A DNA stretch of 64,000 nucleotides from Lobosporangium transversale (taxonomy: Eukaryota): the NCBI RefSeq assembly GCF_002105155.1, contig NW_019028992.1, forward strand, positions 1 through 64,000, given 5' to 3'. Positions within the stretch are counted from its first letter, which is position 1, and each line of letters starts with the position of its first letter. Positions 33,807-45,033 of the stretch are shown here, one piece after another. Made by a program: the position numbers and the translations under genes. The notes beneath the pieces are model-generated. The model was not told the origin of the DNA and searched no databases. It saw only the letters and a program-made list of their open reading frames with translations.

Positions 33807-33956
33807 CCTATATAACGTGTAAGTCAATAAAATTTGTCCATCAAGAAAGGTCAGTACCCATCTTCTGTTGTTGATGCTACTTCCGATGAATAATACATAT
33901 ATAAGTTGCTGATTTGCTATTAAAAATATAAAGGCACCTCTACTGCCACAGATGGT

Positions 33957-34437
33957 TGAAGTCAAAACGATATGCACTATTTGCTCATGCACCTACTCTC
34001 TAGACCCATGGTCAACTGGGATTCAAAAGTAGATGGTAATGACAGGCACCAGGAGCATCGAGAGCTCAAGATGGCGTCACGGCGAAATAGAGCACACCCC
34101 ACAACGAGCTCGCCGTGTGGTTGTTTCAACGGCCACACACCAATAAGTGCTGACCAACGTGCACTACTAAATGTGTCTCGTCACAATGCATCTGTGCTCA
34201 ATGAATGCTGAAGTCAGAACGATATGCACTATTTGCTCATGCACCTACTCTCTAGACCCATGGTCAACTGAGGTTCAAAAGTAGATGGTAATGACAGGCA
34301 CCAAGAGCATCGAGAGCTCAAGATGGCGTCACGGCGAAATAGAGCACACCCCACAACGAGCTCGCCGTGTGGTTGTTTCAACGGCCACACACCAATAAGT
34401 GCTGACCAACGTGCACTACTAAATGTGTCTCGTCACA
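33957..34437. repeat. Two near-identical 229-bp direct repeats, period 252 bp
   Basis: 33957-34185 versus 34209-34437. ATGGCGTCAC occurs at 34071 and 34323. Confidence 0.95.
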
Positions 34438-34651
34438 GCACTTTACACAACATCAAACTAAAATTATCGACAGAGAGGTATAAAGGTGACGGGAAGGGAG
34501 GGAGTAAAAAAAACAAAAATGAAAAGAGAGTAGTTCGGATTGGAAATAAGATGGCGATCAAATGAACAATGAGTCAAAGTAAAAAAAATATGAGAAAGAT
34601 TATGATGAAATAATGAATGAAGGTGTGGCAAAGGAAGTGATGATAAAAACT

Positions 34652-34767
34652 AGAGGCTCATACCGATCTCTCTTTTAGAGAGGTCTTTGTCAACTATAAG
34701 CCTACTACTTAATAAACCTTTTGTAATTGGTAACGGACTAACCAAAAGTGGTTCGGTATGAGTCTCT
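34652..34767. mobile_element. MITE-like 116-bp element
   Basis: 15-bp inverted repeat AGAGGCTCATACCGA / TCGGTATGAGTCTCT (14/15 match). No clear TSD. Confidence 0.45.
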
Positions 34768-35006
34768 GATTAAAACAATGTAGGCGGAGCCTAAATGAAC
34801 TCCCGTGTATCTGCTGGAGTTAGGGAAATGGGCTACTGATGGTATGAAATAAAGCACATTACATTACCTTCGCACGCAGACGTGATAATGCAGACACCAA
34901 ATTAATGCAGAGATTACCAGGGACGAAATGATAAAGACTTATGAATGTCGATTGATAATAGTGTCAATGAAAGATTGGCACAGATGTGAGGCCTTCACGT
35001 TCTAAC

Positions 35007-35149
<143 letters not shown>

Positions 35150-36996
35150 ATAGATGCGCAGAGAGGGAAGGGGAAAAAAGAATACGAAGTGTGAATGGAG
35201 GTGTAAATAAACAAGTCATCATGCACTACTTAATCATTCAATTAAATAAATTGAACAAAATTACCTTGGATTAAACGCGTAATCGATCCGTAGCAGAGAG
35301 AGTGGGAAAACGTAGAGGGGTAAATGAGAGGAAGCGATTGAAAGAAGGAGCGATATTGATTGCACGAGTGAAGAGAGTGGAAGAACGATGACGATTGAAC
35401 TGGTGAATCAAGATCAAGAGTGGAAGATGATAAAAAAAAAATATTAAGTGCCGTGCGTGCAAATAAGAGACAGCAATGAGTGATGTGTGAGGAAAACAAG
35501 AGAAAGAATGATATTATATACAAGTGATTATGATTGATTAAGTGTTGAGCGGTAATTCAGTTACTGTGAGGGGGTAGATTGAGTAGATGGGCAGATGGAT
35601 GGAAAAGGTGGGAGCGAAAGAAAACCCATACAGATATAAAAAGTGTCCAGTATGGCAGTTTAAAGATTATTTTCTGTGCGCAGCACTTTCTGTCCACACC
35701 ACACTGACTGCCACTATTTTTGCACAATCATATTGCATACACTCACTCCCCATCTCTCTCTTTCATCAGTTGTATTGTGATAATAAATCAGACTTGGTCT
35801 TGACAATAATGCAGTCGGCTTTCTTCTCCTCCACGTTCGCACCAAGCCAATTATGCCTTTTGTTGCTATTGGAAGCTTCTTACTTTGTTTGACATATTCG
35901 TTGACATGTACTGAAAAGAGAGAAAGTGAGAAAGTGAGAAAGATGAGAAGGAAAGTAATGATTAAAAATCAACGTACAAAGATGACGAAGACTATTTTGC
36001 ACAGTAGAAATAACAAGACATGCTTTACTTTACTTTCTGTCATCCTCCTTTCATTGTATTCCTCTACTTTTTCTCACCAGCATATTCTGAGCTTCGTTTC
36101 TTTTTATCAAGGCATTTCTTTTTTTATAATTACGCAAGGTAATCAATGTATCATTGAATTGATTAATTGAATTGGATAAAGACGCGACATTCATAATCAG
36201 CCATGACTCATCACCATTAATCATTTAGCATTCTTAATCATTGCATATATATATCTCTCTCTCACTTGTCTTCTTACAAGCTTTTTGACTTTTTAATTTC
36301 TTTTATCCCAGTCATTTGTTCAAAACGCTCAGAGGATTGATACGTATTTCAAGATATTAACCATTAGTTATACCAATAACGGTTCGATTTATTGAAGGTA
36401 ATGAACTCCTTCCACTTCAACCGATGCAAAAACGTCCTATTAATGCGACCACTCCTTTAGGTCCAGTATGAGTACGGGTTAACACTCTTCATACCGATCG
36501 GGGAGATGGCTGCGACAGGATAGGCTGTTCAGTGGGGCCGTTCGACCTAACCCGATGGGTGGTAGTTCCTCTCTGCTAGCAGGTCATAGGCATCCTTGGT
36601 GGAGGAAATCAGAGCGCATTGTCAAATAAAGCGGCTTGGCCCCCTTAGGTCTAGCATGGCTATGGGTTCACCTCCATGCCGACCGGGGGGGGGTAGTCGT
36701 GACAATGTTGTTTGGCGTGGCCACCTGACCTTACCCGAGTTGGTGGCTGGGACCTCTGTGCTGAAGTTACCTCTGCTCTTTCTTTCACCACAAGGCTAGG
36801 TGATATGATATGTGATACAGTTAAGAGAACATTGTTAGACTAACAGCCTTGTGTTGTTGTCATTTGCTCTATACTCTTGTTTAGCTATATGGATACATTC
36901 ATTGCATGGGCTAAAGAGATAAGGAAGACCATTGAGGGTCGAAGAGTCGAGCATGTCAGTTTCCCGTCATTCGTTAAAATCTTTGGGTTTACAGAC

Positions 36997-37121
36997 CAGA
37001 GTGGCTCAAATGGCTTGAATGGTCCGAACCATTCGAAAACGAGTCGAATTCGAACTTACCTTATCCGAATCGAATTCGATATCAGTGAAATTCGATTCGA
37101 ATAGTTCGAATAGGAGCACTG
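36997..37121. mobile_element. Short hAT-like terminal fragment inserted in a decayed gene
   Basis: Ends TAGGAGCACTG (inverse of the 15173 terminus) with dense TCGAA/TTCGA repeats. Interrupts MDTFIAWAKE...IFGFTD. Confidence 0.55.
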
Positions 37122-37268
37122 GTGAAGCGACAGCGAAGAAGACTGCAACACTTGCACAAGAAGCATCTCTCTACGAGTCGGCGACGAGTTTCGGAGTTTT
37201 GAAAATGAAAAATACCTTAATGGCTGCTACTATGCCGATAGACAATGGTATAGATCTATCCTATTTCT

Positions 37269-37270
<2 letters not shown>

Positions 37271-37363
<93 letters not shown>

Positions 37364-37367
37364 TATT
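37271..37367. repeat. (TAT)n microsatellite
   Basis: Read directly. Confidence 0.97.
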
Positions 37368-38307
37368 GTCTTGTTTTCACTTATGATATCTATTTATTTT
37401 CTCCCTATCTAACACTGTTTAAGAATTTTTTCCTTGTCCACTTTTTAGATGATAAGCGCAAGAATTTCCATGAGGAAGAGGAGCCAAGAGGAAGAAAGAA
37501 GACGCGAGGGCTGGACCCACGACATTCGTTGACTGGTAAGCCATTTATAATACGCGTTAGACTTTGGGCTATCGCGTGGCTGATAGACTGCCTGGCATAT
37601 CAGCAAGTACGATGTAGTATGTTGGAGTTAACTATTTTTATTTGTTACTCCTGCAAAATCGTCATCATCACAACTTTTACGATCTCCTGTCATTCCAGGG
37701 GAAGACCATGTTTCTCCTAGTGTTCGCACGCTCAATGGTATCAACGAACAGCGAAAAAGGCAACAAAAGGACCAAGTCAGTGGTATATCGTTTTCATTGC
37801 TTCCGAAGTCCACAATGACACCAAAGGTAGAGCATTGTATCAAAAGCTTGTCCTTTATTGCGCCTGTTCATCTAACTGACCTCTTTAACAACTCCATCTT
37901 TATTTGTTCTCGCACTTGCTGCTTTTGGTTTCATGATTGTGACATACAGCTAGCTTTTGATCACACAGCTTCCTCTTGATCACACAGCCTCCTCTTGATC
38001 ACACAGCTACCTTTTGACCATGGACAAAGCTATATGAGAGATAGAATTAGAATAAGCATGACATATGAGGATCGATACAATATAAACACGATATTGAAGG
38101 CAATATGTCTGAGAATCCTAAAGATGAATGTTCCTAATTCTTCATTAGATCGAGGATAAGATGGACATGGACATGGACATGATCGTCTGGTGGTTGCTCG
38201 TTTACGAGGGGCTGGTGCTAAACAATATCAAATTAAATTAACCGTTATACAAATAGATAAAAGAACTCCCTCCCCCCCCCCCCCCCCAAGTTGCTATAAC
38301 ATAAATC

Positions 38308-39417
38308 TTAGTTCAAATCGGTTACCATTTCTCCCCCAAGCACAGAAGGTATTGAGCTTGAATAATCCCGCTCTGGCAAATGCTTGTCGCCGAGCTTTAT
38401 TACCCATTTCTGCCATTCTTCAACAATGTCTTTATTTCTTGTGCGAGAGAAATCTGTGCGATGGTATTCAGTGTAACCTTTTGGAGACAGATCCTCAGGA
38501 TTAAGAGATAACCTTCGTTGGCTCGGACAACTGATTGATTTTTCTCTTTGACATTCTAGTATTAAAAAATCCATGTAGTGGTTAACAATCCAAATGACTA
38601 CAAGTATTAAGCTCCCCAATCGCAGATGCGGGGAGAGACATTGAGCTATGACTTCAACAACTGTCTCTTTATCCCCGGTACAGAAAGGGATTGAGCACTC
38701 GGTACTGATCACCATAACAGCAGAAAGATAGCAATTGGTACCGATCAACAATGTTTCTAGTGCCCGGTAAGGCTGGGAGCAGCTGCAGAGGCTCATCGGG
38801 TCAAAGCGGGGGCTAGAATACACTTCCCTCAATCATGACTGGGCAAAAAATGATAGTATTAGCTTACCTCCATTGCCTGTCTGTTCAACGAGTGTAGTAG
38901 GAAACGGTGCACGATGGGACAAGAGATGATTGCCCCCCTATAAAGAATGTCGACAGATAGCATAGGCGGTGATGTGTATATGAGAAAAAGAGAGAGAGAG
39001 TCGCTGATTAATAAAATGTTTGGCCTGAGAATAGATATGATACCAAGGAGTGAGGGAAAAAGTGCAAGGAAAAGCACCCTAAACCATGAAGCATTGGACA
39101 GACTGGTAACTGGTAAAAGTGATGAGATTTGTGGGGCAGTAAAAAAGAAGGTAAGAGAGAAAAATGCGCGCGGTATAAAAGTTCACATTGTAAATTACGG
39201 GTGATGGACTATCGTGTAGAAGGAAGAGGCCAATACTAATATGAAGGACAAAGCATCTTATACCTTTGACAGTATGGCTCTTCACTTCCCCAGTGGATTG
39301 ACTCGATCCCAATTTAAGCGCGAAGAGACTGGCTGTTGAGCTATTGATCACCTGAGCAGACTGCAGATCGCCGATGTATGCTTGTGCTAAAACAGACAAT
39401 ACTTTGAACAAGATCAC
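38308..39417 (-). pseudogene. Decayed gene fragments, family not identified
   Basis: Complex protein-like ORF pieces with splice-like boundaries, but no continuous frame could be built. Confidence 0.25.
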
Positions 39418-39689
39418 CTTCGGTCAAAGGCAAAGGGTTGGGAATGATGTGTACAAAGTGACTAAATTTGTGTAAAAGGAGGGTGACTGGGTGTTGAGTC
39501 AAACATTCTCTCTACTTCGTGCACACATCCAGTGTTCACTCTGAGATGGATCGATAAAAATATATAAAATTGGAGGCTTTGTTGTTTTATCCAACTTTTT
39601 GATATTTTTTAAAACAAATCTGTCTTGTCTTGTCAGCTCCTCTTTTCTTTTCTTTTCTTTTCACTTCTGTGTCTCTCTCACTTTCTGAA

Positions 39690-39947
39690 ATGTCAACCCC
39701 CGTCGATTCTACCACTGCTGCTGCTCCTGCTGATGATGTTAAACTTTACAAGGATGAGGTTACTGGCGAGATGATCTCCAAGACGTACGTTCTTTCCTGA
39801 TCATTGAATCCAAAAAAAAAAAAAAAAAAAAAAAATACTATAATCATAACCATAATCATGGAGCAGCCACAGTCACTGCGTTGACAATTCCTCTCTCAAT
39901 TATAATCGCATTCTTTTTTATTCTGGCGCCTCTTTTAACGCTTAATG

Positions 39948-39981
<34 letters not shown>

Positions 39982-41776
39982 CTCTCTTGACCTCTATAGA
40001 GAATTAAAGAAGCGTATCAAGAGCAGAGAGAAGGAGGCTAAAAAGGCAGAGAAGGCCGCCAATGCCCCTGCCCCTGCAACCTTAGAAAAGGCCGATGCCA
40101 AGAAGACTCTTTCAGCTGCTGAAGAAGAAGAGAACCTCAACCCTAACGTAAGCCAAGTGGATCATTTGCCTATGTCATGAAAAGACTGGACTATAACGAC
40201 TACAACCTGATCTTTTTGAATATCTTTCTTACATCCATATGTGAACTGTTTTGTCCCACAGCAATACTTTGAGATCCGTTCCAAGAGAGTCGGCGCTCTT
40301 CGTGCCAATAAGGAGACCTATCCCTATCCTCACAAGTTCCACGTCTCGACTTCATTGCCTGCATTCATTGAGAAGTATAACGGACTCAAGGCTGGAGAGG
40401 TTGTAGATGAAGTCATCACCGTGGCTGGACGTCTTCACAACATGCGCACCATGGGCAAGCTTCGCTTCTATGATCTTCATGGAGATGGTGTCAAGATTCA
40501 GATCACTGCTCAGGCCCAGGACTCTGAGCGTGACTTTAATGAGGTCCATGACAACCTTCGACGTGGCGATATCGTCGGTGTTCGTGGTGTTGCTGGTCGT
40601 ACCAAGCCTAAGAAGGGAGGCGATGGTGAATTATCCATCTTCCCCCGCGACATTGTCTTGCTTTCACCCTGTCTCCGAATGTTGCCCACTACCCATTTCG
40701 GATTCAAGGACCAGGAGTCACGTTACAGACAGCGCTATCTCGACTTGATCATGAACAACCACGTCCGCGACATTTTCAAGACTCGCGCCAAGATCATCAA
40801 CTATCTTCGCAAGTTTTTAGACGATCAGGATTTCTTGGAGGTCGAGACCCCAATGATGAATATGATTGCTGGAGGCGCTACCGCTAAACCATTTGTGACC
40901 CATCATAATGACCTCAACATGGATTTACATATGCGTATTGCTCCCGAATTGTATTTGAAAATGTTGGTCGTTGGAGGTTTGGACCGTGTTTATGAGATTG
41001 GTCGCCAATTCAGGAACGAATCTATGGATTTGACTCACAACCCCGAGTTCACCACTGCAGAGTTCTATATGGCTTACGCTGATATGTTTGACGTGATGGA
41101 GATGACTGAGGTTCTTCTAGCTGGCATGGTCAAGTGCATTACTGGAGGCACCAAGATCACTTATCACCCACAAGGCAAGGATGGCCCAGCTTTGGAGATT
41201 GACTTTACACCCCCCTTCCGCCGTATCAACATGATTGAGTATTTGGAGGAGAAGCTCAAGGTCAAGTTCCCCCCTGCTGATACTTTGCATACAACAGAAG
41301 CGACAAAGTTTTTAGACGATCTCTGCATCAAGCACGAGGTCGAGTGTGGTGCTCCTCGTACCAGTGCCCGTCTTTTGGACAAGCTCGTCGGAGACTTTAT
41401 TGAGGTCGAATGTATCAATCCAACGTTCATCATGGGTCATCCCCAAATGATGTCACCTCTTGCCAAGGGCCATCGCTCCGTCCCTGGTCTCTGCGAGCGT
41501 TTTGAGTGCTTTGTCGCTACCAAAGAGATTTGCAATGCCTACACCGAGTTGAACGACCCCTTTGACCAGCGCGAGCGTTTCGAACAACAAGCCAAGGATA
41601 AGGCTGCTGGAGACGATGAAGCCCAGCTGATTGATGAGAATTTCTGTCAATCACTAGAGTTTGGACTTCCTCCCACAGGAGGCTGGGGAATGGGTATTGA
41701 TCGTCTGACCATGTTCTTGACAGATTCGCACCGTATCCAAGAGGTCTTAGCCTTCCCTCACATGCGCCCTGTTTAA
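39690..41776 (+). CDS. KRS1: Cytosolic lysyl-tRNA synthetase (exons 39690-39784, 40000-40147, 40262-41776)
   Basis: YPYPHKF, OB fold, [20 protein letters not shown] and [15 protein letters not shown] motifs. GT-AG introns keep the frame. Confidence 0.97.
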
Positions 41777-42221
41777 ATCACTTTTCTTTATCCTTTCTTT
41801 ATCTTTTTCACTCGTCAATAAACATTCAGGTACATGAATAGTTTGCCTTGCAATTTCCATCCAATCTTTTACTTTTAGAATAAATAATGTGTTTGGTGTT
41901 GTCTCAGCGGGTGTGCTGTGCGTTTGATAAAGCAGAGAGGTGTGGACATGTCTTTTTCCTTATTTGCTATTTGCTATTTGTTAAACATTTACTGTTCCCT
42001 TTTTGCTTGGCCAGGAACAATCCACCGACCAGCCAGTCATGTCCAGCCTCGCCTTCCATTGAGCGCAACAACATTCAAACACTTTTTTTTTTTTTTTTTT
42101 TTTTTTTGCAGACCCTCATCTTGCTCTCATCTTTTTCCTCTGTTTATGATTCCTCTCTTTTTCTGTCTTCTCTTACTCATTCTTTTGTATCAGACGTCTG
42201 CATCACTCAACCATCTGCATC

Positions 42222-43631
42222 ATGGCTCTTGAAGATAATCTAGATTTGGAACGCTCCATCGACTGCATCGCGTCGTCGAAATTACATCCGTATCAATATT
42301 CTCATCCTTATGGCCTCGTGAGTGGTAGCATTAGCCATAACAACTCAGCAGTGGATCTTCATCAGGACAAGGACAAAGAACACGAAAAGGACCAGGATCA
42401 GACACGTCCTATTGGAATTCATTCACTCAAGCCCTCACTTTTACGATATATTTTCTCATTCCTAGCGATTCAACACTACGACTATCTTAATCACCGCACA
42501 CACACTGTCTATAGTCATCTGGGACCTGTTACTCTGGTCTGTAAGACTTGGAACAGTATTGCCTCACCTCTTCTATGGCAGGAACGAACCTTTCATGGGT
42601 GGAAGGCTGGTGAAGAACTCAATGTCTTTTTACAACTCACTGAGAACGCCGATTTTTCTTCCACACACGAATATGGAGAGTTTGTCAAACGGATTGAGAT
42701 TATTGACTCACACGACGTAGTTGATAAGCAGAATGGTCAATTTGTCATCAACTGGATCACACCCGACGTTATCCTCGCACTATCAGAACACTGCTGCAAA
42801 CGTCTTCGAGACTTGACTCTTGTCTTTGCTACAGGACGCCAGGTTTCGACAGAGAATGAGGAAGGACTCATCCCATGGGGTGCGATCGCCGAGTCTTGTC
42901 GCCGACTCTTTGTGCTTTCACTTGCCAACTATATTTGTCCTGTGCTACCTGTGGGCCCGGGCCACCCTTTTCATATGTTTGCTACACATACTAACCCCTT
43001 GACAGAATTGGTACTCAAGAGATGCAAGAGTATCCCTTCAGAGACTTTTCAACAGCTCGCTCGCACTTGTAGCAAGGCCCTGACCAAGTTGGTATTGCTC
43101 GATTCGGATGAGTTTCTGGGCACTTCAGAGATGATCGAATTTGCACGACACTGTCCAGACCTGCGCCATCTGAATGTGTCCTGGATTGAAACCGTCGAAC
43201 CAAAGATCAATGATGAATTCATGCTTGAGCTCACTTCCAACTGTCCACGACTCGAATATGTCTCACTATTGGACGCAAACCAAATCTCGGACGCGTCCTT
43301 TTCAACGCTTCCCAAGCTCCGGTATTTACGGAACCTCATCCTTCCTCGAGCAGGCACAACTGCAAGTGGGATGGCCTACCGTCAAGAGTCGCTCGTTGCT
43401 TTGGCCAAGAGTTGCAAGCGATTGGAACAGTTACATCTGGTAGCGCCTGGAGCGACGACCAGTCGATTCTTTGAAGGACTGTTGTACTGTCCAAATCTTC
43501 AAGTTCTAGTGATTGTCGAGTTGTGCAAAGGTCTGCTGATCGACCAGCGCTTCAAAACATTGGGTCTTGCCAAGTACGTAGACCCTGAGTCATTAGAATC
43601 ATACAAACTTGTCTGGCATAAGAAGACTTGA
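42222..43631 (+). CDS. F-box / RNI-like leucine-rich-repeat protein
   Basis: F-box-like LKPSLLRYIFSFL...LVCKTWNSIA..LW, then CPDLRHLNV, CPRLEYVSL, CKRLEQLHL and CPNLQVL repeats. Confidence 0.85.
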   Translation: MALEDNLDLERSIDCIASSKLHPYQYSHPYGLVSGSISHNNSAVDLHQDKDKEHEKDQDQTRPIGIHSLKPSLLRYIFSFLAIQHYDYLNHRTHTVYSHLGPVTLVCKTWNSIASPLLWQERTFHGWKAGEELNVFLQLTENADFSSTHEYGEFVKRIEIIDSHDVVDKQNGQFVINWITPDVILALSEHCCKRLRDLTLVFATGRQVSTENEEGLIPWGAIAESCRRLFVLSLANYICPVLPVGPGHPFHMFATHTNPLTELVLKRCKSIPSETFQQLARTCSKALTKLVLLDSDEFLGTSEMIEFARHCPDLRHLNVSWIETVEPKINDEFMLELTSNCPRLEYVSLLDANQISDASFSTLPKLRYLRNLILPRAGTTASGMAYRQESLVALAKSCKRLEQLHLVAPGATTSRFFEGLLYCPNLQVLVIVELCKGLLIDQRFKTLGLAKYVDPESLESYKLVWHKKT

Positions 43632-43773
43632 GAGTTGAAAAAAAAAAAAAAAAAAAAAAAAAGTAGAGTATGGACAAGACAAAAGAAAAAACAAACACAT
43701 TGAACGCCTATTAATCGTATTGTAGAGTCTATGTACTTTAAGATAATATAAACAACGACTCGTATATATTTAT

Positions 43774-44415
43774 TTATTTCTGTAGAACTTTAACAAGTTC
43801 ATTAAAGATGCATTGAGCCATGTGTTCGTAGCCTTCTGGAGTGTAGTGCAAGCCATCGCTCCAGAATCTTGCCTGCTCATCCTCTGACAGATGCAAATAA
43901 TTGAAGCCTAAAGTTGAGTCATTGAGATCGAGAACTTTTAATTTTTCGCAAGAATTGTTTAAGATGCGGTTATTCAAAGCGGCCTTGCAGCTTCTGTAAT
44001 GTAGGTGATGTACATCGTAGGCGCTAATGGGAACGGTGAGCTGTAGAATACTCTTGAGATGGGGCTGTGCTAACAGTAGTCTGAACATTGGTTCAAAGTC
44101 GATATGAGCCACTGCGTCTTCAGGAGTAGACTCTGCGGAGACGTCAGCCAGGTCATTAGTTCCACCCAAGAGAATGACGTGCTGATAATTGTCCTTTTTT
44201 AATAAAGTTGCGAGACGTTCTTGGATGCACTTCACAGTGTCTCCATTGACTCCAGCATTGATAAATTCAATATCGTTCCTTCCTTGAGCTTTGAAAAGAG
44301 TTGTGAGATAGTCAGAATATGGCGTATATGTACTGGATGTATACCAGTTGGCAAAACCTGCCGTCAATGAGTCTCCAAGGCAAAGAACCTTGATGTTTTG
44401 AGCCTCAGGCTGCAT
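43774..44415 (-). CDS. SGNH/GDSL hydrolase
   Basis: LGDSLT, NAGVNG, GGTND and DGLH blocks. ATG at 44415, intronless. Confidence 0.92.
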   Translation of the reverse strand: MQPEAQNIKVLCLGDSLTAGFANWYTSSTYTPYSDYLTTLFKAQGRNDIEFINAGVNGDTVKCIQERLATLLKKDNYQHVILLGGTNDLADVSAESTPEDAVAHIDFEPMFRLLLAQPHLKSILQLTVPISAYDVHHLHYRSCKAALNNRILNNSCEKLKVLDLNDSTLGFNYLHLSEDEQARFWSDGLHYTPEGYEHMAQCIFNELVKVLQK

Positions 44416-44754
44416 GATGTTGTTTGTCTGTAAATTGTGAATTGTGAATTGTGAATTGTGAATTGGATTTGTGATGAAAATGTTATTGATTACACAGGCC
44501 ATACAACGCAACAACTCATGTGGCGTGTAAACATGCACAAACTCCAGGGTTGGTGGCGCTTCCAAGTAGCACAGGACACTGTGTCCGAATAAGGCAATGC
44601 GAGTATCCAAAGAGCGTGTATTTCATTGAGTTCAATAAGGATCTGTTGTTTCGGATGCAAGACTATGAGATCACCACTGACATATTTAAAAGAGGGTCCT
44701 GATGCACCTCTGGTCAACAGCCCCTCTCTCTCTCTTTCTCTTCTTCCAATTCTT

Positions 44755-44862
44755 TTACTCTCCACTCTCCACTCTCCACTCTCCACTCTCCACTCTCCAC
44801 TCTCCACTCTCCACTCTCCACTCTCCACTCTCCACTCTCCACTCTTCACTCTCCACTCTCCA
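44755..44862. repeat. (ACTCTCC)n heptamer array in a divergent intergenic region
   Basis: About 15 copies read directly. Confidence 0.95.
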
Positions 44863-45033
44863 CGCCTAACCTTTTACTGTTTACTCTTTACTCTCCTCAT
44901 TGTCATTATCCAAGCCCATTGTTTTTTTTACCATCTCATTAGTGAATTGTCACTCTTTGCATGCTGCGCTTCCTTACCTCCTTATTTTAACTCTAATACC
45001 AACGCCGGACTATTCTCAATACTCTTTTACTGA

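Noticed and set aside
43774..44415. Horizontal transfer of the intronless SGNH hydrolase
   Set aside because: The family is widespread in fungi and lack of introns alone is not evidence.
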